Notes: a model not told the origin generated them from the letters alone. A DNA stretch of 55,689 nt, filler included, from Jimgerdemannia flammicorona (GCA_003990765.1; 3 parts of 3 records of this genome joined end to end with filler, not necessarily neighbours in it); one strand, 5' to 3'; counted from the whole stretch's first letter, positions 25,101 through 37,198 are shown. Made by a program: numbers and translations.

Positions 25101-25329
25101 ATATCACAGTTTTTACTGAAACTTATTATGCCTTATAGATAGACTCTTGCTGTACAATATACACCAGTGTGTTTAAAATAAAAACTTGAAAACATATTAT
25201 CTTTCACTGAAAGATATCTGTGTGGCTTAGCTCACTCTGGGTGGTTTGAGCAAAAGAAGTCTGGTATATAGGTCTCTTTTGCCCTGTAAATGGTGGGAAT
25301 AGTAGTTACTAATATAGAGAAATATTATC

Positions 25330-25752
25330 TTAAGGTGAGGTAGTCAGCATATTTCCTTAGCAGAAAGAGTGATGGTAATGAATGTGTATTGGCTACCAAA
25401 GCTGTGGTATGTGGGGTATCATCTGGACTTCCTGGTGTGAGTGGTCAGGTAACTTCTGAAGATAGCAAGATTATAGATTTGGGCCAGGCAGTGAAGTTAC
25501 ATAGGCTGGGAGATTCTGACTCTATCTGTTGATAGAGATGAACTAGGTTTGGTAGACTTTACCAAGCACCTTTATTGCCTGAGAGTATGGTGGCTGAAGA
25601 GGACAAGCAAGTTGAGGGATCAGGAGTGAGTACCACTCATGCAGAGGGTGTGAGAAGTCTGGTATTCTCCTCATGGTGTAACTGGTGACCTGCTTGCAAT
25701 GGTGGCCTTGGATGGGAGTAAGAGGATATATTACAAAGGCTTTTGGTGGGCC
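25330..25752 (+). pseudogene. LINE ORF2 internal fragment (post-RT region)
   Basis: ISLAERVMVMNVYWLPKLWYVGYHLDF..LGLVDFTKHLYCLRVWWLKR..YYKGFWW matches the same region of both larger LINEs. Confidence 0.85.
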
Positions 25753-26360
25753 CTTTCTCCACTATCTTACTGGTCACAAGGTTTGGTAGGCAACCTTCTG
25801 AGTCTCCTTTCCCCTATTATTACCCCCTCAACCTTAGATTGGTTTGCTGTACCTATATGGGCATGGTGGGAGGAGGGTAATGGTGATGAGTTGCCCCTTT
25901 ATCAGTGTCAGATTGGTGTCTTCTCTACTTTTTCGTAGTTTCTAGTGCCTTCAGCTGTATCTGGAGTGCATTCATTTTGGTGTGGCACCTTCTTCCTTTT
26001 GCTGTCATCAATAAGGTGCAGCCTTGATGCATTATGGGTTACATAGAGAGTTGGCCGACCTTGGGCATCAAGTGTTCAGTGTAGGTTACCTGCAGGTCCT
26101 TGGTGGCTATAGTAGGGCCCTCTGGCTTTGGCAAGCTTCCCGGCAAGTGTGGTTCTGGTGTAGGTGACTGTTTTTCAGATATTGTCAGATGGGAGAGGAG
26201 ATGGCCATCACAGATAGGAGGATGGGTGATAATGGTGAACTAGTGGGGTGCCAGGCTGGGGGTGGTCATCAGGACTGGGGTGGACAATATTTCAGTGAGG
26301 CCTTTTGATTGGCTGGTGGGGAGTGGGGTGGTGCAGAGGCCAGCATCCTGGCTATACCCA

Positions 26361-26510
26361 ACTGGAACTGGGAGCTGATGCAGTAATGCAATCGAGGCCC
26401 ACAGGTTTGGGGAGTGGGGTCTTCCTTATTTGGTAGTACCTGACTGGAACTGGAAGCTGATATGGCAACATAATCGAGGCCCACAGGCTCAGAGAGTGGG
26501 AGTGGGGTCT
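26361..26510 (+). repeat. Imperfect ~60-bp direct repeat in unassigned degenerate DNA
   Basis: ACTGGAACTGG.AGCTGAT...AATCGAGGCCCACAGG...GGGAGTGGGGTCTT at ~26361 and ~26443. Confidence 0.6.
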
Positions 26511-26685
26511 TTTCAGGCCCTAGCCCATGTGCAAGTTCTTTACTTACCCACTTTGAATCCACTTTGCTCTCTGTTGGTTAGTTGGGGGGTTTTTTCTTTG
26601 CCTCAGGCTTTCTTTTGGAGTTCAGGGGGCTATTCTTTATTCAGTCCTGGTGCTGCTAGATCTGACATGTAGGTGTGCTCTTGTA

Positions 26686-27326
26686 TGTAAATGATGATCC
26701 AGCTCTAGTGAGCAGACAAGTCTAGTCTATATCATTGGGGTCAACATAGCTGGTGTTTGACAGGTATAGCTGTTCTTGTTTTGTGTATATCTATAGGAGT
26801 GGTATCTTGTAGCTCTTAAGTGCTGGCTTGTGGGAACTTCTGATAGAGGAGATTTTCTATTTCATACTCCTGCCACATTTGGAGGTATTCGGTAGTAATG
26901 GTGATCCTTGTTTCCATTTCACAGCAGTAGAGAATAAAGTAAAAAGATCTGCAGTACCTAGGTTGATACTAGGAGTCCTTCTTGAGTAGGTCCTCATGGC
27001 TCTTCTGATGTCTTAGAATATCCTTTCTTCAACTAAGGTGCCTTGGTGGTTCCTTGACCTTAAGGTTTGGCAAGCAGCAGGCATTTTGTTTATAGTAAGT
27101 CTTTGAGCTATTTTGGGATTAGTGGGTCTTGTTGATTGCTGTTACTGCAGTTCCTTGATCCTTCTTTTATATTCTTCAAGATACTTGTACTATGGTCACA
27201 ATGACTCACAGTTGGTCATTATTACTTATCTTGTATACTATATGATCTTCTTGTGCTCCAATCTGGTGGCTTATAAGGAAAGACTATCTCTTGTACTGAT
27301 GTCATCATTCTGAGGTCACTGTTACA
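26686..27326 (-). repeat. Probable 3' LTR of Gypsy element C
   Basis: On the minus strand a purine tract AGGAGGAAGA directly precedes TGTAAC at 27326; TTACA end at 26686; TATAAAA near 27170. No second copy in the window to confirm. Confidence 0.5.
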
Positions 27327-27599
27327 TCTTCCTCCTGAATAAGGATCTTCTTGAACATCCTTATTCATTGGTCCAATTCTGAAAAATTTGCTAATCCTAT
27401 AATCTCTGACAAGGGGTCAAAAAGTGGTATTTATAGGCTGGTATCTTCTCTATGTATTTTGGCATAATGGTGAAGGATCACTCTCTTCATATAGAGCAAG
27501 GGCCTGATTCTGATCTTGACTAATCAGTTGATGGTTTGAACTCCTCTGACTTCAAAAGTCTCATAGATGAGTAGTTGTTAGTGCTGTATCTCTTAGAGA

Positions 27600-29745
27600 A
27601 TGGTCCAGACAGATAGCCTGCTGGTCATGGGACATGCTGTTATAATTCGTGGACTAGAACCTTGTGGGCAGTTATCACATTTTGCTTCTCTTATATAGGT
27701 TCATAATACTTCTTGAGTCTGTTCCTATGTACTATGGTAGGCAGTATGGTCTCTGAGATTTTTCTAAGCTAGAAGGTGGTTCTCTTGATATCTTGTATAT
27801 AGAAGGGTCCTTTCCATTTGGGCTCCAGTTTTTGTGACCATGAGGCTTCTACTATATTTCAATATAGTAGAACATTTTCTCTGATTTGGATGGGTTCTAG
27901 GGTCTTGTAATTCTTTTCTGCATTTTTTCTTATCAGTGCTTGTAACTTGATAATGTAATCTTCAGCCTTCTTTCTGATTTGGTGTAGTCTCCAGATTTCT
28001 GCATCAACCCATCTCTAAGTTAGGTCTAGATTTGTGGCTAAGGTTCCATTGGAATCTTCTTCTCTAAAGAGCAATTCTCTTGGGGTAAAGTGTGTGTGCT
28101 CTGTAACTGTATATCTTATAGGACAGAGAGAGTAGTTGGGAGGTAGTTATCCCAATTCTCATATGTCTCTGAGATCTTCATCAGGATGTTCTTGAGGGTC
28201 TTATTGGTTCTCTCTGTCTGTCTATTTCCTTGAGGGTAGTATGTGGTAGTCTTGATATACTGAATCTTGTATTTCTGATATATTATTTTATAAAATCTAT
28301 TGATAAATTCAGTGCCACAGTCTGTTGTGATTTGCTTCAGTATCTTGTAGTAGCAGATGATTTCTTGGTGCAGGAAGTCAGCTATAGATAGGGCATTGGC
28401 TTCTTGTTATGCTCCTGCTTCTATCTATTTGGTAAAGAGGTCTACAATAACTATAATATAGCAGTTTCCTGATAGTATTACTGGTAGTAGCCCAATGATA
28501 TCTATTGCAATGTGGTGGAAGGGGATAGGCTCAATTTTTGATAACTCAGGTGCCTGGTCTTGCTGATCTTGTTTCTGTTTTTGGTACTTGTCACACCCTT
28601 TGACAAATTGGTATAGGTCTTCTTCCATTTTAGACCACTATATAGTTCTTCTTGCCTTGTTATATATATTGGTTCCTCTTAGGTATCTTTGCTTGTGTAC
28701 TTCCTTCATTACTTGATACTTTTTGTGTTTGAGTATTACTAGCTTTCCTCCTTTTCTGAGTATAGTATTGTCTAGTTCAAACTATTTCAAAGTCCAGTTG
28801 ATGATGGTGATTGTCCAGGGTTTGAGGTGGTTGGACATCTTCTCTGCTCAAGATAGCTAATTAATCCATAGTATAACTCCTTATTCATGTTGAATAGTCT
28901 TGATGGAGGTGTTTCAGGGTATCCTTGAGAGTGTATCAGCATTGGTATTGGTTCTTTCTGAGTAATACTTGACAGTATAGTTATACTCTTGCAGTCTGTA
29001 GATCCATTTGGCATATATTCCTTTGGGGTTCAGAGTGTGGAATAGCCAGGCAAGAGCAGAATGATCTGTTTGAATAGTGAAGTGTTTTCCAGCTAGGTAG
29101 TAGTGGAACTTGTCTACTGCCCAAACTACTGCTAAGCATTTGAGCTTACATGACTCATAGTTCTATTCTACTTCATAGGTACCTCAGCTTACATAGGAGA
29201 TGACATATTTATACCCATCTTTCTTCTGGGCTAGAACTGCTCTAAGTCCTATAGTACTTGTATCTGTCTGCAAGATGAATTCTAGGTTCCAATCTGATCT
29301 TCTGAGGATAGATGCTTGGGTCAACCTAATCTTGAGTTCATTGAAGATTTCTTGGCATTTCTTGGTCTATTTGAATTTGGTTTCCTTCTTCAGTAGTTTG
29401 TAGATAGGTGCTGCAATATTGGAGTATTCTTTGATAAATCTTCTATAGTAGCTGGTCAGTCCAAGGAAGGCATGGACTTCTGTGGTTGTTCTGGGTCTTG
29501 GGTAGGCTGCAATAGCCTCAATCTTAATGGGGTCTGTGTGGATTCTGGTCTGGTTGATAAGGTGTCCTAGGTAGGTGATTTCCTGGGCTGCAAACTTATA
29601 TTTCTTGGGCTTGATATAGAGGCCATACTTCTTGAGCTTCTTGAGGGCTAGCTGTATATTATTGATATGTTCCCATGTAGTGTTGCTAAAGATGATCACA
29701 TCATTAACATAGATAAAGAGCCATTTTCCAATCTTGTTGCTGAAG
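27600..29745 (-). pseudogene. pol: Gypsy element C pol 3' half (RT end, RNase H, integrase), related to element A, heavily decayed
   Basis: YVNDVIIFS, YIKPKKYKF, TYLGHLI, FLGLTSYYRRFI; RNase H; GCDKYQK zinc finger remnant, HIAIDIIG, IVIVDLFTK; KWKGPF near 27800. Cut at 29745 by a family B LTR; 3' boundary approximate. Confidence 0.88.
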
Positions 29746-31776
29746 TGTAAGTGCACAACCTCCAAGCCACCGAAATTACACGTCACCCTCTGAACAAATC
29801 TGGAAATTACCTGCTTGATCACGAAGCTGAGTAAAACCGAAGTCACAGCACACAAAGCTGAGTCAATACGAAGTCACAGAACACAAGAATTACATAAACG
29901 GAATCTTACCAATCAGGACCAAATGCATATATACCAAGTACTAAGACACGTCGAATCAGAGAACCAAAACAAACAACAACTATAACTTCCAAACACACAA
30001 ACATGACCACTGAGATCTATAACCATATCTACGCTGACATTTGGAATGCCATTGTCAACCAAGCCACACCCCCTCTGCCCCTCATGAATATCCATAGCCT
30101 GGCACCCCTCTACTTCGTGGAAGCCCGATGGAATGCTCTAAACATGCTTAGCGAGGTCCACTGAATCAGACAAATCTCAAGCTACTACCAGATCGGCCGC
30201 CTCCTGGAAGACATGCTCAAACACTACCATGATACAGACATTACCCAGATGTCTCAACACCAGAAGCTCATCACCTGCAAACATCGAGAACTCTTCTATG
30301 AGTACAGTACCATTATTCCCTGCCTCCGAGTTACTACCAGCGAAATGGTTGCTACTCTGTCCTATGGCCAAATCGATGACATGATACAAGAACTCAACCA
30401 CAAGTACCTCGAGTACATCGAAACCACAGACAGAACCTTCCCGCACCCCAATAATCAAATCCTGCAAATGCCTCAAGTTGGATATGCCATGAAGGACGTC
30501 TATGATATAATCTACTTCGATGAAGACAAAGCAGAAGACAATGATCTCTCTGACACTGACATGACCTCTAGCCAAGGATCTCTGCCAACCCTGATCACTC
30601 CACCAACCTTGCCAATGAACTTACAACAGTTTATAACTACATACGAGACTTATTGGGACAATGACCACTGGCACAAATACCAACCCGCATTCACCCCCGA
30701 TTACTTCAACTACAATGAAGAGACCAGAGAACACAACCTGTACCTTCAGACAACCCTTGAGATCGAACCAACCACTCCACCACCTGAGTATGAGTGATAT
30801 GAACCACAGCCACCAGCATACTATAACCCTGCAACTCACAGTGCTGTAACCTATAGAAGGTATGCAGATAGTGAATCCGATGAAAGTGAAGACAATACAC
30901 CCATCCTTCGCCCACCAACACCTTATCTAGCCTATGAGACAGACGATGCTATCCTGTGGGACAGAGATGAAGTCCCAATATATTACTACCTCAGCAAACA
31001 AGGAGAAGTAATCTGCGAACCACTCTTCCTAGATGACTACTTTATCAGAGATAATGTCATTGATGGTGATGTCATCAAAGACTACCCAGATAGTGCCTAA
31101 ACCCATAAATAGCCTAGCAGTCATAATATAGTTAGATTAGCCTTGTACGACGTGACTGTGAACTGACTCAGCAGTCAGACAATCTCTTGACATATCAGAT
31201 CACACTTGTACTATGTGACTGCATTCCGACTCAGCAAGGCACTTAGTGCTATATCCATATCTAGCATAGTCCAGATAGCCCCTCAGTAGTATAAATACCC
31301 CCTCTCCCAGATCTCAGAATCTCAGACTCGAATACACAAGAACATTCCTGAATACTTCCCCACAATACCCCTTCACACAAATACTCCTAGTATAGTAATA
31401 TCATGAATAGCAAATAAACCTATTCCATAACCCACAAACTACTCTTAAGTAAATCCGCTCCCTGTTAGATCCTACTCTTAACCCCATCACAAAATCTCCT
31501 AATTGGGTATTGTCTGCAGTGATACACCAATTCAACTAAGCTGGTCTTAGTTTCTTGAACTTCCTGAAATATGGAAAATCCTGAACATCCAGAACTAGTC
31601 CGGGAAAGAACTTTGGTTGAGACATCAGCCCAATCTTGAAATCAATAAGCATAGAGGACGTACTCCATACAAAATTGATCTTGACCATAAGAAAACGGTC
31701 TTCCAGAACATTCAGAATATCCAGAAAACCTTTCCAGAACTACGTAATAGTTACTCTAAAAAGCAACTCTCTTACA
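29746..31776 (+). repeat. 5' LTR of Gypsy family B (2031 bp)
   Basis: TGTAAG...CTTACA, TATAAATA 31290-31297, followed by PBS; colinear with the two other copies. Confidence 0.93.
30003..31100 (+). pseudogene. LTR-internal ORF of family B (365 aa ancestral, acidic/Pro/Tyr-rich C-half, unknown function)
   Basis: ATG 30003 in frame with ORF 30213-30797 and on to TAA 31100; two internal TGA, the second reading CGA in the third LTR copy. Confidence 0.8.
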
Positions 31777-31779
31777 ACT

Positions 31780-31790
31780 TGGTAGCAGCA
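31780..31790 (+). promoter_or_regulatory. Primer binding site, probably initiator tRNA-Met
   Basis: TGGTAGCAGC 3 nt after the LTR end; complementary to a tRNA ending GCUGCUACCA. Confidence 0.75.
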
Positions 31791-34700
31791 GTTTACAATC
31801 CAATTCCGCTTCAAGATGCTTCCTCACTCTGCTACAATCCCCTCTGCAAATTCCTACAAGTTGGTATAAAGCCCAACCTCTGAACTAGAATTTATCCGAA
31901 CCATCTGACAATCTGGAGAAAATTGAACCTGACATACAAGGACAATTTGACCTCCATACCTGCAACAAGTGGGATAAACTTCATTCAAAAAAAGAAGTAC
32001 TCCAGTTAAACCAGCAAATAGGCGAAACCCTATTCACCGAACTCCTTGCACTATACCCAGCAAGTCAAGATGAAGAAGGTCTTATTGAAGCCTTCTTTAC
32101 TCTTCTCAACAAGAGTTTTGTCAGCTCCACAAATCCAAGTGACCTAGGACAACCAGCAGCAGTCTTTCTAGCCTTAGTTCCTCACAAAGCCCAAGCCTCT
32201 ATAGCCAAGTGGCTCAACTCTACCGACTTTCACCACACCAGGACCAAGACTGCCTTATACTACCAATTCCAGAACAGCAAGGCCCGCCATATTCTTAAAG
32301 AAGAAGTAAGAGAAACTCTTCATCAACTACCTGACCCTGAACCTGAAGCAGGCCCTGCTACAGCCCTACCTGAATCTGAAACCAATACCAAACCTGAACT
32401 TGACCTTGAATTAAGTCCATCTGAAATCAGATATATAACTGATTCTGTCTACTTCGACGCCGAGTAAACCCAATTACATGGGGACCAAACTGAAGAAGAG
32501 GAGGAGTATCTCACCAAATTCGATCCCGAATATACTACTAAAGGAGATGCACTTCCATCAGGACAGAATATACCTACACAGTAACAAATAGCTATCTATC
32601 AAGCCCTCACTCCAGATCCACAACTACTACTCCAGCAACTTACACAGACCTAAAGAACCCCATCACACTCTGCACTAGTACCTCAAGTAGTACCTGTAAC
32701 ACCACTACCAGTGGTCCAACCACCTCCAGCAATCAACATGGTGAACCAACAGATTCTTGATCTCACAGCCCAAGTAGCTATAATGGTAGCAACCATTACT
32801 GCCTTAGCTGAACAGACCCGACCTACCAAAAATCTGAGCCTACCTACCTTCAATAGTACTGCACAAGAAGTGCAAAGCTTCATTAGTGTAGTTGACACCA
32901 ACTTCGAAGCCAATCAATGAACTAATGAGTGAGTTGCTGACTGTATTCTGACAAACAATCAAGATCACACTCTGGAACAACTCTTTGCTACAACTACAGC
33001 CTATGTCCACCGAGTTGTTACATTCTTCCGAGGACCTGCCGAAGAATGGTGGTGAACCCTTCCTGAAAAACCCCTCACATGGGATACCCGACCTGCAGTA
33101 GTTGCCCAGAATGCAGCAAACAATGCCCCAGGATATGGAGCCCATCCTGCAGCCCCTGGACTCAAACAACTCATGATTGCTCAATACCGCAGTGAAACCA
33201 TGATTGCTGAATCTCGAGTAAAACTCCGCAACCTCAAATTTGATATACATGGCAAAGAAGAATTCGAAATCTTCTGTACAAAACTCGAGTCACTCCTGAA
33301 CACTGTTGGCCTAGGATATATTGCCAATGATGAAGTACGAAATGGTACAAGAGCAGACCACTTATTTGATGCCCTGCCTGAATGGCTTACTAGAAAAATC
33401 CGAGAACAAGGCCACCCAGTTGGTTGTGATCACCAACAATGGTGCCTGGCAAGAATCAAGACTATGGTCAAGTGAATCCTAACAGCTGGACCAATTCTGC
33501 CTCGAAGACAATTTAACAATAAGGAAAGGACTTGGACCAAGAAAGAAGAACCCAAGCATGAAGCATCCTGAGCTCCCTCCACATCCACCTCTTGGACACT
33601 CAGAAATCATGAACCCACCCAGCCAAGTACCTTCAAGAAACTTACTGAAGGTGAAAGGAACGAACTTCGAAGAAGCAGAGCATGCTTCTATTGCCAAAAG
33701 ACAGGACACATGGCCAGTGCCTGCCCTAACCGAAAACCCCGAACAGCAACCCGAGCAACTGTCACCACTCTGTACCACCTCAACAACCTGACTACAAGAA
33801 CACTAGACTTTGTCAAGTTAAGACAAACTGCTAAGGCCCCAACCAAAGGAAGTCAAAAAGCAGCCGGATATGACCTGTATACAGCCGAAGAAGCTACAGT
33901 TTCTAACTGAGAAGTCAAACAAGTCTACACAGGAATCAGTATCCAAATCCCTGAAGGACATGTTGGAAGAATATGCTGTTGCAGCAGCCTAGTATTGAAA
34001 GGACTCTCAGTAGAAGGAGGAGTCATTGACGAGGATTACACAGGCGAAATCATTATCCTCATTTGAAACCACAGTTGGACACTCTTCAAGATCTCTATTG
34101 GCTTCTGCATTGCCCAGATCCTATTTGAAAAAATCATGTCAACTCTGATAGTCAAAGAAGTCCCTGAACTACTGCCCACCATCCAAGGATCCAAAGGATT
34201 TGGCTCATCAAACAAGGCCCCAGCCCAACCTACCATGAACAAAGAAGAATAATTCTACAAGAAGATCGAAGATGGATATGTGCCAAGTGGCTGATGCCCT
34301 CATGGTATTGGAATATACTCTTCCCGAATGATTGATGATTGCTTCTCTTATGTCAATGAACTGGCTTAAAGAAGAACCAACAGAAGGAAAGCTACTATAA
34401 CTGAAATCACTAGCATTGGATCAGACAAACTGCTCACCCTTAAGGCTTTTGTCAACGGAGCACCTGTCAAGATTATGATAGACAGTGGTACCTCAGGCAA
34501 CTTCATTAATGAAGAAACAGCCAACAGACTCAAGGTCTTCACCTCCCCAGTACAGCAAACTCAAGCAGTTGCTATAGCTGATGGAACCTCACATGTTATT
34601 AGCAAAGAAGTCCGCAATCTACCCTTCCGAATTGGCAACTACCGAGTACATGTTACCCTCCAAATCATACCACTTCCTGACAATGAAATTATCCTTGGGA

Positions 34701-35825
34701 CTCTATGGTTAAAACAAGAGAACCCCATGATCGATTGGATAAACCATTCTCTGATCATCAAGAAAGGACGCCACAACTTCAAACTACAAGGTGAAAAGGA
34801 CTCACTCAACTCTAGTGACCCTGGACCAAAGATCACCCACATCAATAAGCTACAACTCAAGAAATTGGCCAAGAAATGCCCTCTCTTCACTATCTCCATC
34901 CGACCATCCAAAGGAGAACCCAAGAACTCTGAGAAAGGTTTTTCCAAAGTTGACAGCCATGTCAGACCACTACTCTAGAAATTCTGAGACATATTTCCAA
35001 AGAAGCTCCCGAAAGGCCTACCTCCCAAACGAGCAGTAGACCATGCAATCAAGACTATCCCAGATGCCAAACCAGCCTTCAAGTCAATCTACCACATGTC
35101 TCCGAGAGAAATTGATGCACTCAAGAAAGAAATTGACGAACTCCTAGAACAAGGATTCATCAGACCCAGCACATCACCCTATGGTGTTCTAGTCCTCTTT
35201 ATTGTCAAGAAAGGAGGAGACCTACGAATGTGCATTGACTACCGCGATCTCAATGAACAGACCATCAAGAACTGTTGCCCACTACCAAGGATCGATGAAA
35301 TATTTGATAGACTTACCAATCCACAATTCATAAGCTCTTTTGACCTGTGAAATGGTTACTGGCAAATTGCCATGAAAGAAGAAGACATCTACAAGACAGC
35401 TTTCTGAACTTGCTATGGACACTTCGAGTTCCTGGTTATGCCCTTTGGCTTAATTAATGCTCCAGCAACCTTCCAGACACTGATGAATACCATTCTGCAT
35501 CCATACCTGGACAAATTCGTTGTTGTCTATATTGATGACATTCTAGTCTTCAGCAAAACCCTGAAGGAACATCTTGAACACCTTGAACTAGTACTACTGA
35601 AACTCCGAGAAGAAACTTTTGATATTGGAGAAAAAGTCCTACTAGATATCAGAGGATACCGAGTTGACAACCTCAAGCACAGACCATCTACTAAGCTGAA
35701 CAGCAAGTTCATTGGACCATTTGAAGTCATTGCACAAGTCTCTCCAACCTCCTACAAACTGGCATTACCAGATACCATTAAGATTTACCCAGTCTTTAAT
35801 GTTCAATGCCTCAAGCAATACAATG
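31781..35825 (+). pseudogene. gag-pol: gag-pol polyprotein remnant: long N-terminal region, Gag with CCHC knuckle (33683-33724), dUTPase (~33800-34210), aspartic protease (~34440-34790), RT (~35000-35612), integrase GPF tail
   Basis: ORFs at 32711, 33173, 33710, 34475, 35096 and 35438 are all in one frame. [93 protein letters not shown]. Confidence 0.92.
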
Positions 35826-37098
35826 TGTAAGAGGGTTGCTTTTTAGGGTAACCGTTACGTAGTTCTGGAAGGGTTTTCTGGAAGTTCTGGAAGACTGTTT
35901 TCTTGTGGTCAAGATCAATTTCGTATGGAGTACGTCCTCTACGCTTATTGATTTCGAGATCGGGTTGACGTCTCAACCAAAGTCCTTTTTTGGACTAGTT
36001 CTGGATGTTCAGGATTTTCCGTATTTTCAGGAAGTTCAAGAAACTAAGACCAGCTTAGTTGAATTGGCGTATCGCTGCAGACAATACCCAATTAGGAAAT
36101 TTCGTGACGGGGTTAGGAGTGTGACCTAACAGGGAGCGGATTTACTTAAGAGTAGTTTGTGGGTTATGAAATAGGTTTATTCGCTATTCATGATATTGCT
36201 ATACTAGGAGTAGTTGTGTGAAGGGGTATTGTGGGGAAGTGCTCAGGAGTTGTGTTCGGATTGTTCAAGTGTTCAAGTCTTTAAGTCTGAGATTCTGAGG
36301 TCTGGGGGAGGGGGTATTTATACTAGTGAGGGGCTATCTGGACTAGGCTAGATATGGATGTAGCACTTAGTGCTTTGCTGAGTCGGAATGCAGTCACGTA
36401 GTACAATAGTGATCTGACATGTCAAGAGATCGTCTGACTGCTGAGTCAGTTCACAGTCACGTCGTACAAGGCTAATCTATCTATACTATGACTGCTAGAC
36501 TATTTATAGGTTTAGGCACTATCTGGGTAGTCTTCGATGACATCACCATCGATTGCATCATCTCTGATGAAGTAGTCGTCTATGAAGAGTGGTTCGCGGA
36601 TTACTTCTCCTTGTTCACTGAGGTAGTAATACATTGGAACTTCGTCACCGTCCCACAGGATAGCATCGTCTGTTTCGTATGCTGGGTAAGGTGTTGGTGG
36701 GCGAAGGATTGGTGTATTGTCTTCGCTTTCATCGGATTCGCTGTCTGCGTACCTTCTATAGGTTACGGCACTATGAGTCGCGGGGTTGTAGTAAGCTGGC
36801 GGTTGTAGTTCATGTCGCTCGTACTCAGGTAGTGGAGTTGTTGGTTCGATTTCGAGAGTTGTCTGAAGGTACAGGTTGTGTTCTCTGGTCTCTTCATTAT
36901 AGTTGAAGTAATCAGGGGTGAAGGCTGGTTGGTATTCGTGCCAACGGTCATTGTCCCAATAAGTCTCGTATGCAGTTATGAACTGTTGTAAGTTCATCGG
37001 CAAGGTTGGCGGCGTGATCAGGGTTGGCAGGGATCCTTGACTTGAGGTCATGTCGGCGTCGGAGGGATCATTGTCTTCTGCTTCGTCTTCATCGAAGT
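35826..37098 (-). mobile_element. Third family B LTR, inverted, truncated by contig end; best preserved copy
   Basis: Begins TGTAAGAGGGTTGC, the reverse complement of the LTR 3' end; colinear with ~30512-31776; not followed by a PBS on its own strand, so solo or 3' LTR. Confidence 0.92.
36512..37098 (-). CDS. LTR-internal ORF, uninterrupted 3' part (5' part beyond contig end)
   Basis: Open from the contig end through ORF 36512-37051 to the conserved EDYPDSA stop. Confidence 0.7.
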
Positions 37099-37198
37099 NN
37101 NNNNNNNNNNNNNNNNNNNNNNNNNNNNNNNNNNNNNNNNNNTTAATTAATTAANNNNNNNNNNNNNNNNNNNNNNNNNNNNNNNNNNNNNNNNNNNN
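37099..37198. other. Artificial contig linker
   Basis: Same 44N-TTAATTAATTAA-44N structure. Confidence 0.97.

Larger units (their letters stand above)
29746..35825 (+). mobile_element. Gypsy family B LTR retrotransposon, internally deleted, 3' end not visible
   Basis: LTR, PBS, single-frame gag-dUTPase-protease-RT fused to integrase C-terminus. Confidence 0.92.

Noticed and set aside
29746..37098. Element with inverted LTRs (DIRS-like)
   Set aside because: The inverted LTR interrupts the integrase tail mid-frame with no PPT, there is no tyrosine recombinase, and the family makes TSDs; it is a nested insertion.
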